Position numbers and translations under genes: made by a program. The notes below the pieces were generated by a model. That model was given only the letters and a program-made list of their open reading frames with translations, had not been told where the DNA came from and made no database searches. A stretch of 61,117 nt of DNA from a virus. Taxonomy: Duplodnaviria; Caudoviricetes. The stretch is taken from positions 1 to 61,117 of IMG/VR virus record IMGVR_UViG_3300042465_003982; one strand, written 5' to 3'. Positions 49,166-60,000 of this stretch are shown here, piece by piece. Positions within the stretch are counted from its first letter, which is position 1, and the number at the start of each line of letters is the position of its first letter.

Positions 49166-49889
49166 AAATGAGTGGAAAACAAATCTTAATTCGTTAATTA
49201 TAAATCCCTGGTTTTTACAAACACCCTTTATCAAGGGATTAATGTTTTCTAGCGACGATGGTATTTTTATAAATGAAATACGGTGGATAGAAAATAATTA
49301 TCCACAAAAGCTGGACTTGTTAAAAAATCCAAATTTATTTGGTAATCCAGATATCAAAATTTATAACGGGGAAAGATATAACCCAAATGATATCCATATG
49401 GCATATCATTTTTTAAAGTATTATAATTTCAATCCAATTCAATCACCCCTAAAGATATTTGAGTGGGGTGGTGGATATGGCAATCTGTATAAAATTATAA
49501 AGTTACTGTTTCCCGAGCTTGTAGAACGATATACCATAGTAGATTTGCCGCAGTGTCTAGAAATGCAAAAATACTATTTGCACAATTTAAATTTATTGGA
49601 TGATAAAATTACATTTTATTCATCCTTAAATTTACCAGATACTATACCCGATCACGATTTGTTCATATCCACTTGGGCAATTAGTGAAAGTCCGACTGAA
49701 TGTTTTGAGTATTTAAAAAATAAAAATTTTTATAGCTGTAATAAATTTTTAATAGCATTACATCAATGCGGGAATCATATTCCTTTCATGCAAGAATCTA
49801 CAGTTATATTCAATCATTTTATTTCTGCAAATACACACGCCGAAGAAATATCATTTATCCCCGGTAAGAATTATTATATTTTTAAATGA
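49158..49889 (+). CDS. putative sugar O-methyltransferase (SAM-dependent)
   Basis: IFEWGGGYG, Y.IVDLP....Q..YL, DLFIS.WAISE. Confidence 0.75.
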   Translation: MIKNEWKTNLNSLIINPWFLQTPFIKGLMFSSDDGIFINEIRWIENNYPQKLDLLKNPNLFGNPDIKIYNGERYNPNDIHMAYHFLKYYNFNPIQSPLKIFEWGGGYGNLYKIIKLLFPELVERYTIVDLPQCLEMQKYYLHNLNLLDDKITFYSSLNLPDTIPDHDLFISTWAISESPTECFEYLKNKNFYSCNKFLIALHQCGNHIPFMQESTVIFNHFISANTHAEEISFIPGKNYYIFK

Positions 49890-50575
49890 AAAATTTACTA
49901 TTAACATTTAGTTCTTTTCATGTATCAAGCGATAAAAATTTTGAACGCGAAAATGAGTATTTTATTTGCTACGATCAATTATTAAGATTAATGCCAAAAT
50001 CTTTTGATTTAGTTTTTATTGACAATACTACGAAAAAACTAGAAGACATAAAAAATAATAATTTAAAAAATTTATTAGCTTCTAAAAATTTTATTTTTTA
50101 TGATTTTAATTTAGGTCAAAACAATAAAGGTCTTGGCGAATTGGAAATGCTATTTAGGGCAAGAAGTGCTATAAATTTTTCTAACTATAAGAATGTTTCT
50201 TATTTGACTGGAAGAAGAATAATCACATGTCCTTATATTTTTGAAAAAACTGATGCTATGAGTAAAGAGGCATTACTTTCAAATCCACCTTTGGTAAGAG
50301 TATGCGATGGTCATGTTTATGAATCAGACAAAACTTCGTATAATGATATGTTCTTTTCAATGAGATCTGATATAATAAATAAATACATTGACTTTTCTGA
50401 AAAATTTTTAAATGTAAATAATAGAGAAATAGGCTCAGAACAAATTTTATATAAATTTGTGAATGAACATCAAATATCTTATGAATGGTTAGAATTTTTG
50501 GGAATGATAAGAAACGACTGGAATCAATACGCTAAAACATACACTAGAAATTACGAAAATTTTCAATATTGTTAA
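49886..50575 (+). CDS. hypothetical protein, possibly glycan-related
   Basis: Within island; NKG.GE and LTGR motifs. Confidence 0.5.
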   Translation: MKNLLLTFSSFHVSSDKNFERENEYFICYDQLLRLMPKSFDLVFIDNTTKKLEDIKNNNLKNLLASKNFIFYDFNLGQNNKGLGELEMLFRARSAINFSNYKNVSYLTGRRIITCPYIFEKTDAMSKEALLSNPPLVRVCDGHVYESDKTSYNDMFFSMRSDIINKYIDFSEKFLNVNNREIGSEQILYKFVNEHQISYEWLEFLGMIRNDWNQYAKTYTRNYENFQYC

Positions 50576-50589
50576 TAATGGAGAATAAA

Positions 50590-51699
50590 ATGGATATTAG
50601 AGAAAATGTACTACCGTGCCTCAGACCTTATGGCGGAAAAGAAGAAATTGAAGCTCTAACTCAAGTTATTGAGAGTGGTTGGTGGGGTAAGGGCGCGAAA
50701 GTGGCAGAGTTTGAAAAGTCTTTTGCAGAGATGGTCGGAGCCAAATATGCAGTAGCAGTAACAAGTGCTACGCACGGCCAAGACCTTGTTCTCAAGGCTA
50801 TGGGCATAAAAGATTGTGATATTATAAACCCTACTATTTCATTCTTGACAACAGCAGTGGTTCCACTTTGGAATAACTGTACTACTAATATTGTAGATGT
50901 CGATAGACGAGCACTTAACATAGATCCAGACGATGTGAAAAAGCATTTAAAAAAGAACACAAAAGCGATAATTGCCGTGAACATGGCAGGGGTTCCAGCC
51001 CCAATAGCAGATATTAGAAAGTTTTATGATGGATTTATTTTGGAAGATTGCGCTCATAGCTGCTATACCCCAGGCGCAGGAATGCAAGGAGATGTGGCTG
51101 TATGGTCATTCCAGGCAGTAAAGACAATGCCTTGCGGAGATGGTGGCATGATTACCACCAATGATAAAGAACTATATGAAAAATTAGTTCCTATGACATG
51201 GTTAGGTATTAGTAGCACTTTCTCAAGAGTCAAGGACGGATTGACTGGCAAGCCAGGATATTCTTGGGACTATACAGTTAATCTACTAGGCCAAAAGTGC
51301 TATATGATCGATCTAACAGCAGCGATTGCAATTGAGCAGATGAAGAAGCTAAATGGCCATTTGGAAAGAAGACGGCATATTGCAAGAAGATATAACAGCG
51401 AACTTGGTCATCTTATAGAAATACCAGAATGGACTGAAACTGTTCAATACTATTGCGCTAGAGTACAAGCAGAACACAGAGATTCGTTGATGGATTATCT
51501 TTCTAGCAAAAAGATTCACACTTCAGTACACTTTAAACCTCTCCATAAGTATGAAGTTACTAAGCAAGATAGATCTTACCCTGTAGCAGATACTGAGTGG
51601 TTAAAGCTTATATCTCTTCCAGTTCATCCCGCTATGACTGAAGAAGACATAGATTATGTAATCTACTGGGTTAAAGAATACTTTAACAAAAGTTTATAA
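50590..51699 (+). CDS. DegT/DnrJ/EryC1/StrS PLP-dependent sugar aminotransferase
   Basis: FE..FA...GAKYAVAV.SAT, EDCAH, SFQAVKTMPCGDGGM, LSLP.HP. Confidence 0.92.
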   Translation: MDIRENVLPCLRPYGGKEEIEALTQVIESGWWGKGAKVAEFEKSFAEMVGAKYAVAVTSATHGQDLVLKAMGIKDCDIINPTISFLTTAVVPLWNNCTTNIVDVDRRALNIDPDDVKKHLKKNTKAIIAVNMAGVPAPIADIRKFYDGFILEDCAHSCYTPGAGMQGDVAVWSFQAVKTMPCGDGGMITTNDKELYEKLVPMTWLGISSTFSRVKDGLTGKPGYSWDYTVNLLGQKCYMIDLTAAIAIEQMKKLNGHLERRRHIARRYNSELGHLIEIPEWTETVQYYCARVQAEHRDSLMDYLSSKKIHTSVHFKPLHKYEVTKQDRSYPVADTEWLKLISLPVHPAMTEEDIDYVIYWVKEYFNKSL

Positions 51700-51704
51700 A
51701 AAAT

Positions 51705-52241
51705 ATGATTAATGATTTTTTTAAATCTTTAGAAATAGATATCCAACCACAAGAATATAGATGGACCAGAGGAATGGTTGGAGAAGATTTAAATTTTTTT
51801 AAATCTTGCATTGATGTATTCAAAACAAATAATATTTTTAGTCTTCTAGACATAGGTACTGGACCAGGAACTTTAGTAAAGATGTGCTTGGACTCTAATA
51901 TAAATGCCTATGGAATAGATCCAGTAATAGATCAAAAAACACCAAATTTATATGTCGGGACTATATCTACTGCAATTAAAAATGAAAATTTGTTAGGTGA
52001 TTACAAATTTTCATGCATTTCTTGTGTAAATTTTCTTCACGGGGCAAACCACAATGAAAGTGAATTAATTTCTTTATTCTCTATGATGAAAAGAAGAGCA
52101 GATTTCATTATGATCACAGAACCTAATATCGGACAAGATGCAAAAAATATTTGTATGTCTAATTTAGAATGTGTTCATAAATTCGACCGTTCTCATGGTG
52201 GAGCATATCACAGTTTGTATAAAATTTATAATAAAATTTAA
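51705..52241 (+). CDS. class I SAM-dependent methyltransferase
   Basis: LLDIGTGPG motif I, GIDP. Confidence 0.75.
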   Translation: MINDFFKSLEIDIQPQEYRWTRGMVGEDLNFFKSCIDVFKTNNIFSLLDIGTGPGTLVKMCLDSNINAYGIDPVIDQKTPNLYVGTISTAIKNENLLGDYKFSCISCVNFLHGANHNESELISLFSMMKRRADFIMITEPNIGQDAKNICMSNLECVHKFDRSHGGAYHSLYKIYNKI

Positions 52242-52242
52242 T

Positions 52243-53094
52243 ATGATTTATAATATAGAAAATACTGTAAATTTAGATGATCATCCTTGTTTTAAAAGTG
52301 AAAAAACATATCCCAATTTTCAACCAGAATTAAATTTTTTTAAAACTTTTTTGATCGATTCTGTAAATCAGAATAAATCCTTTACTTTTTATAAGTTCGG
52401 AGATGGTGATTATTATTTTTTAAAGGCTGATTCTGTTGGTAGCGCAGCTCCCGGAAAAAGAGCATTAAGTAAACCATATTCTCAAATAAATCATTCAGAA
52501 TTTGTAAATGGATCTAAGTTGTGTGATATTTACACATGTGAAATATACCCAGAAAATAGAGAAAGATTTCGTAGAGTAATTTCTCGTAATATTGATTATC
52601 CGGCAGAATATTGTTATGGTCTAGTTTCTAATAAATGGCTATTAAAACAATTTGCTGGGAAAATTGGTTTAATCGGTGGAAATAATAAAATTAATATCAT
52701 AAAAGAATTAATGAAATATCCGCAATATCAAGAATATCTTGGTATTGAGCAATTCAATGATTATATTTCTATTCCAGAAAAATTTGCATGTGATGATATC
52801 GCAGCAACCGAACATATGGTAGGAGAACAACTTAAGACTTCTTCCTCTAAAATATTTTTAATGGGTATTGGACATGTTAAATCCGCACTCACACATAGAT
52901 TACCAAAGTATTCTAATGCTATTTTTTTGGATGTCGGTTCTTCTATAGATGCTTTAGCAGGAATAATTGACATAAGAAGACCATATTTTGGTGATTGGAC
53001 AAATTATCAAATCAAAAATCCTAATCTTTACTCAGGAGTTGATTATCTTCAATACAAAAGAGAAGGAAAGCACATTTTCTTGGAGAATTTATGA
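52243..53094 (+). CDS. GT-D fold-like (DUF1792-like) glycosyltransferase
   Basis: FYKFGDGD, L.G.G..K, LDVGS..DA. Confidence 0.55.
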   Translation: MIYNIENTVNLDDHPCFKSEKTYPNFQPELNFFKTFLIDSVNQNKSFTFYKFGDGDYYFLKADSVGSAAPGKRALSKPYSQINHSEFVNGSKLCDIYTCEIYPENRERFRRVISRNIDYPAEYCYGLVSNKWLLKQFAGKIGLIGGNNKINIIKELMKYPQYQEYLGIEQFNDYISIPEKFACDDIAATEHMVGEQLKTSSSKIFLMGIGHVKSALTHRLPKYSNAIFLDVGSSIDALAGIIDIRRPYFGDWTNYQIKNPNLYSGVDYLQYKREGKHIFLENL

Positions 53095-53819
53095 AAGGTA
53101 TTATTTTAGCTGGCGGTACAGGTTCGCGTTTGGCTCCGCTAACAATAGCCGTAAATAAGCATTTGTTGCCCGTTGGAAACAAACCAATGATTCTGCATTC
53201 AGTAGAAAAATTAGTGGATGCGGGAATTCAAGAAATAATGATTGTCACTACTCCAGAACAATTGCATAATTTTTCTTGTCTTTTAAAAAGCGGAAAAGAA
53301 TATAAATGCGATATAACCTATAAAGTTCAAGACGAGGCGGGGGGAGTAGGTCAGGCTTTAGGTATATGCAGATCATTCGTTGGTAAAGACAATTGCACCG
53401 TAATTCTCGGTGATAATATTTTTGAAGATTCCATAAAAACTGATGTTGAAACATTTAAAGAAGATTGCAAATTATTCTTTAAAAAGGTTCCAGATGGGCA
53501 TAGGTACGGAGTCGCAGTATGGAAACAGGAAGAAAATTATCCAGCATTTTATCTGGATGCTATTTTAGAGAAACCAAATAATGTAACAAAAGCAGATGCT
53601 GTTGTTGGAATTTATATGTACAGTAGTTCTGTGTTTGATATTATAAAGGATATAAAACCCTCCTATAGAAATGAAATTGAAATAACATCAGTAAATAATG
53701 TTTATGTCAAAAACCAAAAAGAATATACTTTGACATCCAGAACATTAGATGGTTGGTGGACTGATGCTGGAACACTAGAAAGCTATAAAAGAGCAAATGA
53801 ATATTCTTTCGGACAATGA
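53091..53819 (+). CDS. rmlA: glucose-1-phosphate thymidylyltransferase
   Basis: KGIILAGG.GSRL.PLT...NKHLLPV..KPMI, LGDN, EIT.VN, WTDAGT. Confidence 0.93.
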   Translation: MKGIILAGGTGSRLAPLTIAVNKHLLPVGNKPMILHSVEKLVDAGIQEIMIVTTPEQLHNFSCLLKSGKEYKCDITYKVQDEAGGVGQALGICRSFVGKDNCTVILGDNIFEDSIKTDVETFKEDCKLFFKKVPDGHRYGVAVWKQEENYPAFYLDAILEKPNNVTKADAVVGIYMYSSSVFDIIKDIKPSYRNEIEITSVNNVYVKNQKEYTLTSRTLDGWWTDAGTLESYKRANEYSFGQ

Positions 53820-54300
53820 ACCCACTTTAATACCATCTTCAGTCTACATGGACGAAAGAGGATTTTTCATAGAACTTTTCCGTGAAAACAACTATACTCT
53901 AAATTTTGTACAGGATAATTTTTCTTATTCAAAGAAAAATGTTTTTCGTGGACTGCATCTTCAGAGAAATAATCCCCAAGGCAAATTAGTTACCTGTTTA
54001 AGTGGGAAAATATTAGATATAGTAGTCAATTGCAATAAACGAGATAAAAATTTTGGAAAATTGTATAAATTTTTTCTAGATAAAGAAAAACAATTATATG
54101 TTCCTCCCAATTATGCTCATGGTTTTTATTGTATAACAGATGAAGCATTTGTGCATTATAAATGCACTGATTATTACGATCCAATTAGCGAATTGACTAT
54201 TTCTGTAAAAGATTTTGAAAAAGATCTTCCTGAAATAAATTTTTCTTCTGCTATAATATCACAAAAAGATAAGCAAGGAATATCATTAAATGAATATTAA
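53797..54300 (+). CDS. rmlC: dTDP-4-dehydrorhamnose 3,5-epimerase
   Basis: DERGFF.E, FVQDN.S.S...V.RGLH.Q, YVP..YAHGF, YKC. Confidence 0.92.
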   Translation: MNILSDNEPTLIPSSVYMDERGFFIELFRENNYTLNFVQDNFSYSKKNVFRGLHLQRNNPQGKLVTCLSGKILDIVVNCNKRDKNFGKLYKFFLDKEKQLYVPPNYAHGFYCITDEAFVHYKCTDYYDPISELTISVKDFEKDLPEINFSSAIISQKDKQGISLNEY

Positions 54301-55222
54301 ATCTGGATCTACAGTAGTAATTACAGGATGCGCTGGCTTTATAGGAAGTCATGTAACAGAACATTTATTGAGATGTGGCTATAAGGTCATAGGCATTGAT
54401 AAAATGACATATGCCGGAAAGCTTTTAAACATGAAAGATTTCATCCTAAACGATGATTTTTCTTTCTATATGAAAGATATTAATATATTCGATGAAATGG
54501 AGAAAGTAATCAATGAGTATGATATTTCTGCAATAATTAATTGTGCAGCCGAAACTCATGTTGATAATTCCATAGTTGATTGCACTAATTTTTTACAGAC
54601 CAACATAATGGGCGTTAAAAATTTGTTAGAGATCTGTAAAATAAAAAATATACCATTGTTACATTTTTCTACTGATGAAGTTTATGGAGATGCAATTTGC
54701 ACTTCTTTCATAGAAGAATCTCCATTAAAACCAAAGAATCCATATTCGGCATCAAAAGCAGCAGCCGATCATTTAATTGCATCTTATAACAATACTTACA
54801 AAATAAAGTATTTGATTGTAAGGCCATCCAATAATTTTGGTCCAAGACAACATAAAGAAAAATTTATACCAACAATTTTACGCAAACTAAAAGCTAATGA
54901 GAAAATTCCAATTTATGGTAACGGAAAACAAAAAAGAGAATGGACTTATGTAAAAGATACTGCCAAAGCAGTAGAATTGCTCTTGAATAAGGGTACTGTA
55001 AATGAAATTTATAACATTTCATCCAATCATGAAGAGGTCAATATCAATGTTGTTTCTTTGATATGCAAAAAGCTTGATATTGATTTTAATAATGCCATAG
55101 AGTATGTTCCAGATCGTTTAGGACATGATTTTAGATATTCTGTAAATTGCAATAAAATAAAATCTCTTGGTTTTAGTCCAGATAACTCTTTTGAACAAAA
55201 TCTTGATGATACTCTAATATGA
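54290..55222 (+). CDS. rmlB: dTDP-glucose 4,6-dehydratase
   Basis: TG.AGFIG, DKMTYAG, AAETHVD.SI, STDEVYG, YSASK, DR.GHD.RY. Confidence 0.93.
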   Translation: MNIKSGSTVVITGCAGFIGSHVTEHLLRCGYKVIGIDKMTYAGKLLNMKDFILNDDFSFYMKDINIFDEMEKVINEYDISAIINCAAETHVDNSIVDCTNFLQTNIMGVKNLLEICKIKNIPLLHFSTDEVYGDAICTSFIEESPLKPKNPYSASKAAADHLIASYNNTYKIKYLIVRPSNNFGPRQHKEKFIPTILRKLKANEKIPIYGNGKQKREWTYVKDTAKAVELLLNKGTVNEIYNISSNHEEVNINVVSLICKKLDIDFNNAIEYVPDRLGHDFRYSVNCNKIKSLGFSPDNSFEQNLDDTLI

Positions 55223-55248
55223 AATACTTATTGGATTAAGAATAACAC

Positions 55249-55276
55249 TTGATTTTATCGTTACAAAAAGTAGAAT
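55249..55276 (+). promoter_or_regulatory. sigma70-type promoter of TPR-GT2
   Basis: TTGATT-N16-TAGAAT, ATG 9 nt downstream. Confidence 0.6.
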
Positions 55277-55285
55277 AGATACAAT

Positions 55286-56503
55286 ATGAAGCCTACAATT
55301 ACACTATGCATGATCGTGAAGAATGAAACACATGTCATTCTTCGTTGCCTTGAGTCAATTTACAAGTACATAGACCGATACGACATCACTGATACTGGTT
55401 CTACTGATGGAACTCAGGACATGATTCGTAAGTTCTTTGCGGAGAAAAATATCCCCGGAGAAATTTACCAGTCCGACTGGAAGGGGTTCGGGGATCACGG
55501 AGACAAGATAGGATCTCGCACAGAGGCATTCCAGAACGCCAAGGGTAAGGCAGATTACGCTTGGGTAATTGATGCCGATGATCAAGTTGTTGGAAATTTT
55601 ATTTTTCCAGAAAAACCAGAAGCAGATGGTTATACTCTTCAATTTAAAAGAGGAGAATTCTCTTGGTGGCGAACACAAATTTTTAAGAATAATAGAGACT
55701 GGAGATATGTGGGTGTTCTTCACGAATATCCAGATTCAGAACCAAAGCCATATAGAATTGAAAAAATAATAGGAGATTATTCTATAGATGCTAGAACAGA
55801 AGGTGCTAGAAATATAGGAATTGATCCTAAAGAAAAATATTCTAGAGATGCTGAATTATTAGAAAAGGCATTATTAGATGAACCTACTAATATAAGATAT
55901 CAATTTTATTTGGCTCAAAGTTATTTTGATTCTCATCAATGGGAAAAGGCAATTAATGCATATGCGAAACGAGCAGAAATGGGTGGTTGGGAAGAGGAAA
56001 TTTTCTTCTCAGTATATCGTATTGCAATTTGCAAAGTGTTCCTCCAACATCCCTGGCCGGAAATTTATGATATGTTTATGAAGTCTTATGAAGTAAGACC
56101 AATTAGAGCAGAACCTCTCTATCAGCTTGCCAGATTGCACAGAATGCACAATAGACCAAGATCAGCGTATCAATATGCTAAGATGGCAATCGAAATCCCA
56201 AAACCAAAGGATGATACACTGTTTGTCGAGGACATTGCATATGATTGGGGTATTCTAGATGAATTAGGAGCAGTTGCTCATACAGTAGGAAAATTCCATT
56301 TAGGAATGCAAGTTTGCCATAAACTTTTGTGCGAAAATAAATTTCCACCAGAACACAGACAAAGAATCGAAAATAATTTTAAATCATATCAACAAATTGT
56401 AACAAAAATTCAACACGATAGAGGTGTTGAAGAGATAATGCTTAAACAAAAAGAAAAAGAGCTTAAAAAGATAAATAAGAAGAAGCAAAAGGCTAGTAAA
56501 TGA
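55286..56503 (+). CDS. GT2 glycosyltransferase with TPR repeats (protein/peptide-glycosyltransferase-type architecture)
   Basis: LCMIVKNE....RCLES, DTGSTDGT, IDAD, VLHE; TPR-like FYLAQSY..A...Y, P.RAEPLY.LA. Confidence 0.88.
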   Translation: MKPTITLCMIVKNETHVILRCLESIYKYIDRYDITDTGSTDGTQDMIRKFFAEKNIPGEIYQSDWKGFGDHGDKIGSRTEAFQNAKGKADYAWVIDADDQVVGNFIFPEKPEADGYTLQFKRGEFSWWRTQIFKNNRDWRYVGVLHEYPDSEPKPYRIEKIIGDYSIDARTEGARNIGIDPKEKYSRDAELLEKALLDEPTNIRYQFYLAQSYFDSHQWEKAINAYAKRAEMGGWEEEIFFSVYRIAICKVFLQHPWPEIYDMFMKSYEVRPIRAEPLYQLARLHRMHNRPRSAYQYAKMAIEIPKPKDDTLFVEDIAYDWGILDELGAVAHTVGKFHLGMQVCHKLLCENKFPPEHRQRIENNFKSYQQIVTKIQHDRGVEEIMLKQKEKELKKINKKKQKASK

Positions 56504-56925
56504 CACCACAAAAAGATCTTGAAGCGATAAAAGGTAACAATTTTAATCTTCTTCTTACATATTTTGACGCAAATGATGCAGCCATTTCTGCAACATTTCA
56601 AAATATAGATTTCAAGATCTTTAAAAGTGTTCCAACTTCACAAAATTTAGTCTTCCAATCTGATTTTGTTGGTGTAACATATTTAATAACTGGGTTAACT
56701 GGTCTTTCACATGATTCTGGAATAAGTTTCGTCAGAATCAATAAAGATGAAAATTTGGGAAATTTAACTGGTGGAATTTATTTTGAATTCACATCAAATA
56801 TAATGGGCTATCTTCCAGCAGGAAGACATTTTTATACAGTTGAATTAAATAAAGGAAGTACCTTCTCAGATATGCTTCTGAGAGGAAGATTTGAGATTTT
56901 GAATGAAGATGGTGGTTTGATATGA
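56500..56925 (+). CDS. putative Ig-like virion adaptor protein
   Basis: G.NF.L..TY.D, LPAG...Y.VEL......LLRG.FEI pattern; precedes the fibre gene. Confidence 0.5.
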   Translation: MTPQKDLEAIKGNNFNLLLTYFDANDAAISATFQNIDFKIFKSVPTSQNLVFQSDFVGVTYLITGLTGLSHDSGISFVRINKDENLGNLTGGIYFEFTSNIMGYLPAGRHFYTVELNKGSTFSDMLLRGRFEILNEDGGLI

Positions 56926-57047
56926 AAGTAAAGGTTAAAGAATTTAATAAAACAGCAACTATACTTTCAAAAACACTGACCAATAAAGGTATAGTGAATA
57001 AAATTAAGATAAAGAAAACCACAAATACTGAAATTTATTATCGATAA
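56922..57047 (+). CDS. small basic ORF (41 aa)
   Basis: ATGA overlap; MKVKVKEFNK...; GGTGG upstream. Confidence 0.4.
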   Translation: MKVKVKEFNKTATILSKTLTNKGIVNKIKIKKTTNTEIYYR

Positions 57048-57095
57048 TGAACTTCTCAATCGGACAAAAAATTGTTCTCAAAAAATATATGACAT

Positions 57096-60000
57096 ATGCC
57101 AATTAGTTTCCCAAGCAATCCTTCAGTCGGTGCTATCTACGATTTCGGTGGTATTCATTACATTTACAATGGTGATGGGTGGGTCAATAAGAGCATTTAT
57201 GGTATTTCTGCCGGAAGCGGAATAAGTTTTGCAAATTATAATGGTACAGGACCAGTGGTTATTTCAGTTGTTGGTGGATCTGTGGGCGCAACAGGAGCAA
57301 CTGGTGCTACTGGTGCTACTGGTGCAACTGGTGCTACTGGTGCAACTGGTGCTACAGGTGCAACGGGAGCCACAGGTTCTACAGGAGCAACTGGTGCTGA
57401 TGGTGCTACAGGAGCCGGAGGAGCATTAGGATATTGGGGTAGTTTCTGGTCAACACAAGACCAACAAGCAGCAAGCACAACTGTTGCTTATCCAATTACC
57501 TACAACAATACAGATCCTAATTCTAATGGCGTAAGTATAGTTTCTAATTCACGAATTACATTTACTTATCCTGGCGTATATAACATTGAGTTTTCTGCAC
57601 AGGCTGATAGAGTTTCTGCATCTGGTACAGACACTATTGATATATGGTTCCGTAAAAACGGAACAGATATTGCAGATAGTAACACCATTGTAACTGTTTC
57701 GGGTAGTGCAGCAGCAGCTAAAACCGTTGCTGCTTGGAACTACATGTTGCAAGTTAATGCTAATGATTATGTTGAATTGATGTGGCGAACATCTGATACT
57801 CGTTTAGAATTTATAGCAGACCCAGCAGGAACAAGTCCAACTAGACCAGCAATTCCATCAGTAATTCTTTCAGCACATCAGGTCATGTATACTCAACTAG
57901 GGCCAACTGGTCCTACTGGACCGATGCCTACAGATTATGTTTCTAGTTTCAATGGTAAGACTGGTGCGGTTCAAGGTGTTTCGTCTATTAATGGAAATAC
58001 TGGAGCAATTACAAATGTTGCCTTTACCAACACCGCTCAGTCATTTAGTGGATTGCAACAATTTACACAGGGAATTTCTGGATCTGGTGGAGTTACATTC
58101 AATTCAGATGTAAATATAAACGACAATAACAGCCTAGTTGTTGCAACCATAATAAATGCGGGAGGAAAGACTCAGTTAGATATTGATAACAGAGCATCTT
58201 CTAGAGTTGCTATTGGGGACTATGACGGCGGTGGTAATAGCACTCATATATTTTTAAGAGATAGTGTAAGTAATTTACAAATATCAAATCCATATGGAGA
58301 AATAGCGATAGGTGATCCTAATGGAATTGATGCGGGAAATATCATTTCTTATTCATCTCCAGATGCTACTCTATACGGAAACAATAGTAATATTGATGGA
58401 TTTGCTAATATATTTGCTTCATATGTTTCTGCTAGTCAGGGGATTTCTGCTTCTGGCGGTGTTACATTCAGCGGCAATATATCTGTAAATACGGCAAGTT
58501 TAGGTAGAACTGGTACAAATAATTTAATATTCGGTGTTAACGCCGGAAAAGCAATAACAACAGGATCATCGAATACTATTATTGGAGATGACTCAGGTGA
58601 ATTAATTTCCTCTGGGACAAATAATACTTCTCTTGGATATGAAGCACTAACAGCATTGACAACAGGAATTGCAAATACCGCAGTTGGTCTGTGGGCTTTG
58701 CGTAACGGAACAACAGGAAGTAACAATACTGCTATTGGCTCTAGAGCACTAAGATCAAATACTACTGGTAATGATAACACGGCAATAGGTTTTTATGCTT
58801 TAGAATTAAATCAAACTGGAAGTGCTAACATAGCAATTGGTGCATTTGCATTATCTGAAGGTGCTACTTCTGCTGCCAACAATATTGCAATTGGTTATGC
58901 CAGCTTGCTTAAAAATACCACAGGATCACAAAATGTTGCCATTGGCAGAGATGCAGTAAGAAACAACACAACTGCATCCGATAATGTCGGCATTGGGTAT
59001 CAATCTTTGTATAGTGCCACTTCTGGTGGAGCAAATACTGGTGTTGGTACAAATACAGGATATCGTTTAACGACAGGAACAAATAATACTGCCGTTGGGT
59101 ATCAAGCATTGTTTGGTAGTGCTTCTGTTACTAGTCAGGCAAATACCGCCGTTGGATACAATTCAATGGTAAGCAATACCAGCGGATCATATAATTCTGG
59201 TATTGGTTTAGGATCTCTTTATAGTCTGACTTCAGGGCAACAAAATACTGCGGTTGGAACAGAGTCTTTATATGCTATTACAACCACTAGCAATAATACA
59301 GCTGTCGGACAATTAGCATTGAGATATGCAACTCAGGGATCTAATAACACTGCTATTGGTATTCTTGCAGGAGCATATAAAACAGCATCAAATACAAACC
59401 TTACTGCAATAGGAAATGATAATGTTTATATTGGAACTGAGGCCAGAGCATCTGGAGATAGCATAAACAATGAAATTGTTATTGGATCAAAGGCACTTGG
59501 TCTTGGAGCAAACACAGCAGTAATTGGTGCTACAGCACAAGCATCCGCAACAATTTATGGAACTCTCAATCTTCCAGGAGGAAAAATTGCTCTTGGTATA
59601 ACTGGTATTAATGGAACTTCTACCCCCGGATGCTTAGAGTTTGATGGAAATGTTCTTTACGCAGGGACAACCGGAGGTAGAGGAGTAATTGAAGCACCGC
59701 ATATTTCATATGCTACAAGCGCAGTATCTTTGAGCGGGGTTACAACTTATCAAAATATATTTTCTACTCCTGCCGATGTAATTACTTTAGCAGCTAATAC
59801 ATCTTATATAGTTGAGGGAAACATAATAGTACAAAGCGGAACTACTACACACACAACGGCGATACAGTTAACCGGAGGTGTAGCCGCAACCCCACCAACA
59901 TTTAGATTGCATATATTATCTACAGCAGCAGCCGTTGGTACAGTAGCTAGAGCACAAGATACTGTATATTTCGAAACAAGTGGTGGTGTCATAAATGCTA

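Noticed and set aside
43767-56503. Island as T4-style DNA glucosylation
   Set aside because: GT families are glycan-chain types rather than alpha/beta-glucosyltransferases of DNA, and no hydroxymethylase is in the window; cannot be fully excluded
57285-57419. Tandem 9-bp repeats as a CRISPR or non-coding repeat; antisense (PVA)n ORF 57236-57478
   Set aside because: No spacers; variation is mostly at third codon positions of Gly-Ala-Thr, so it is a protein-coding collagen repeat and the antisense ORF is its shadow
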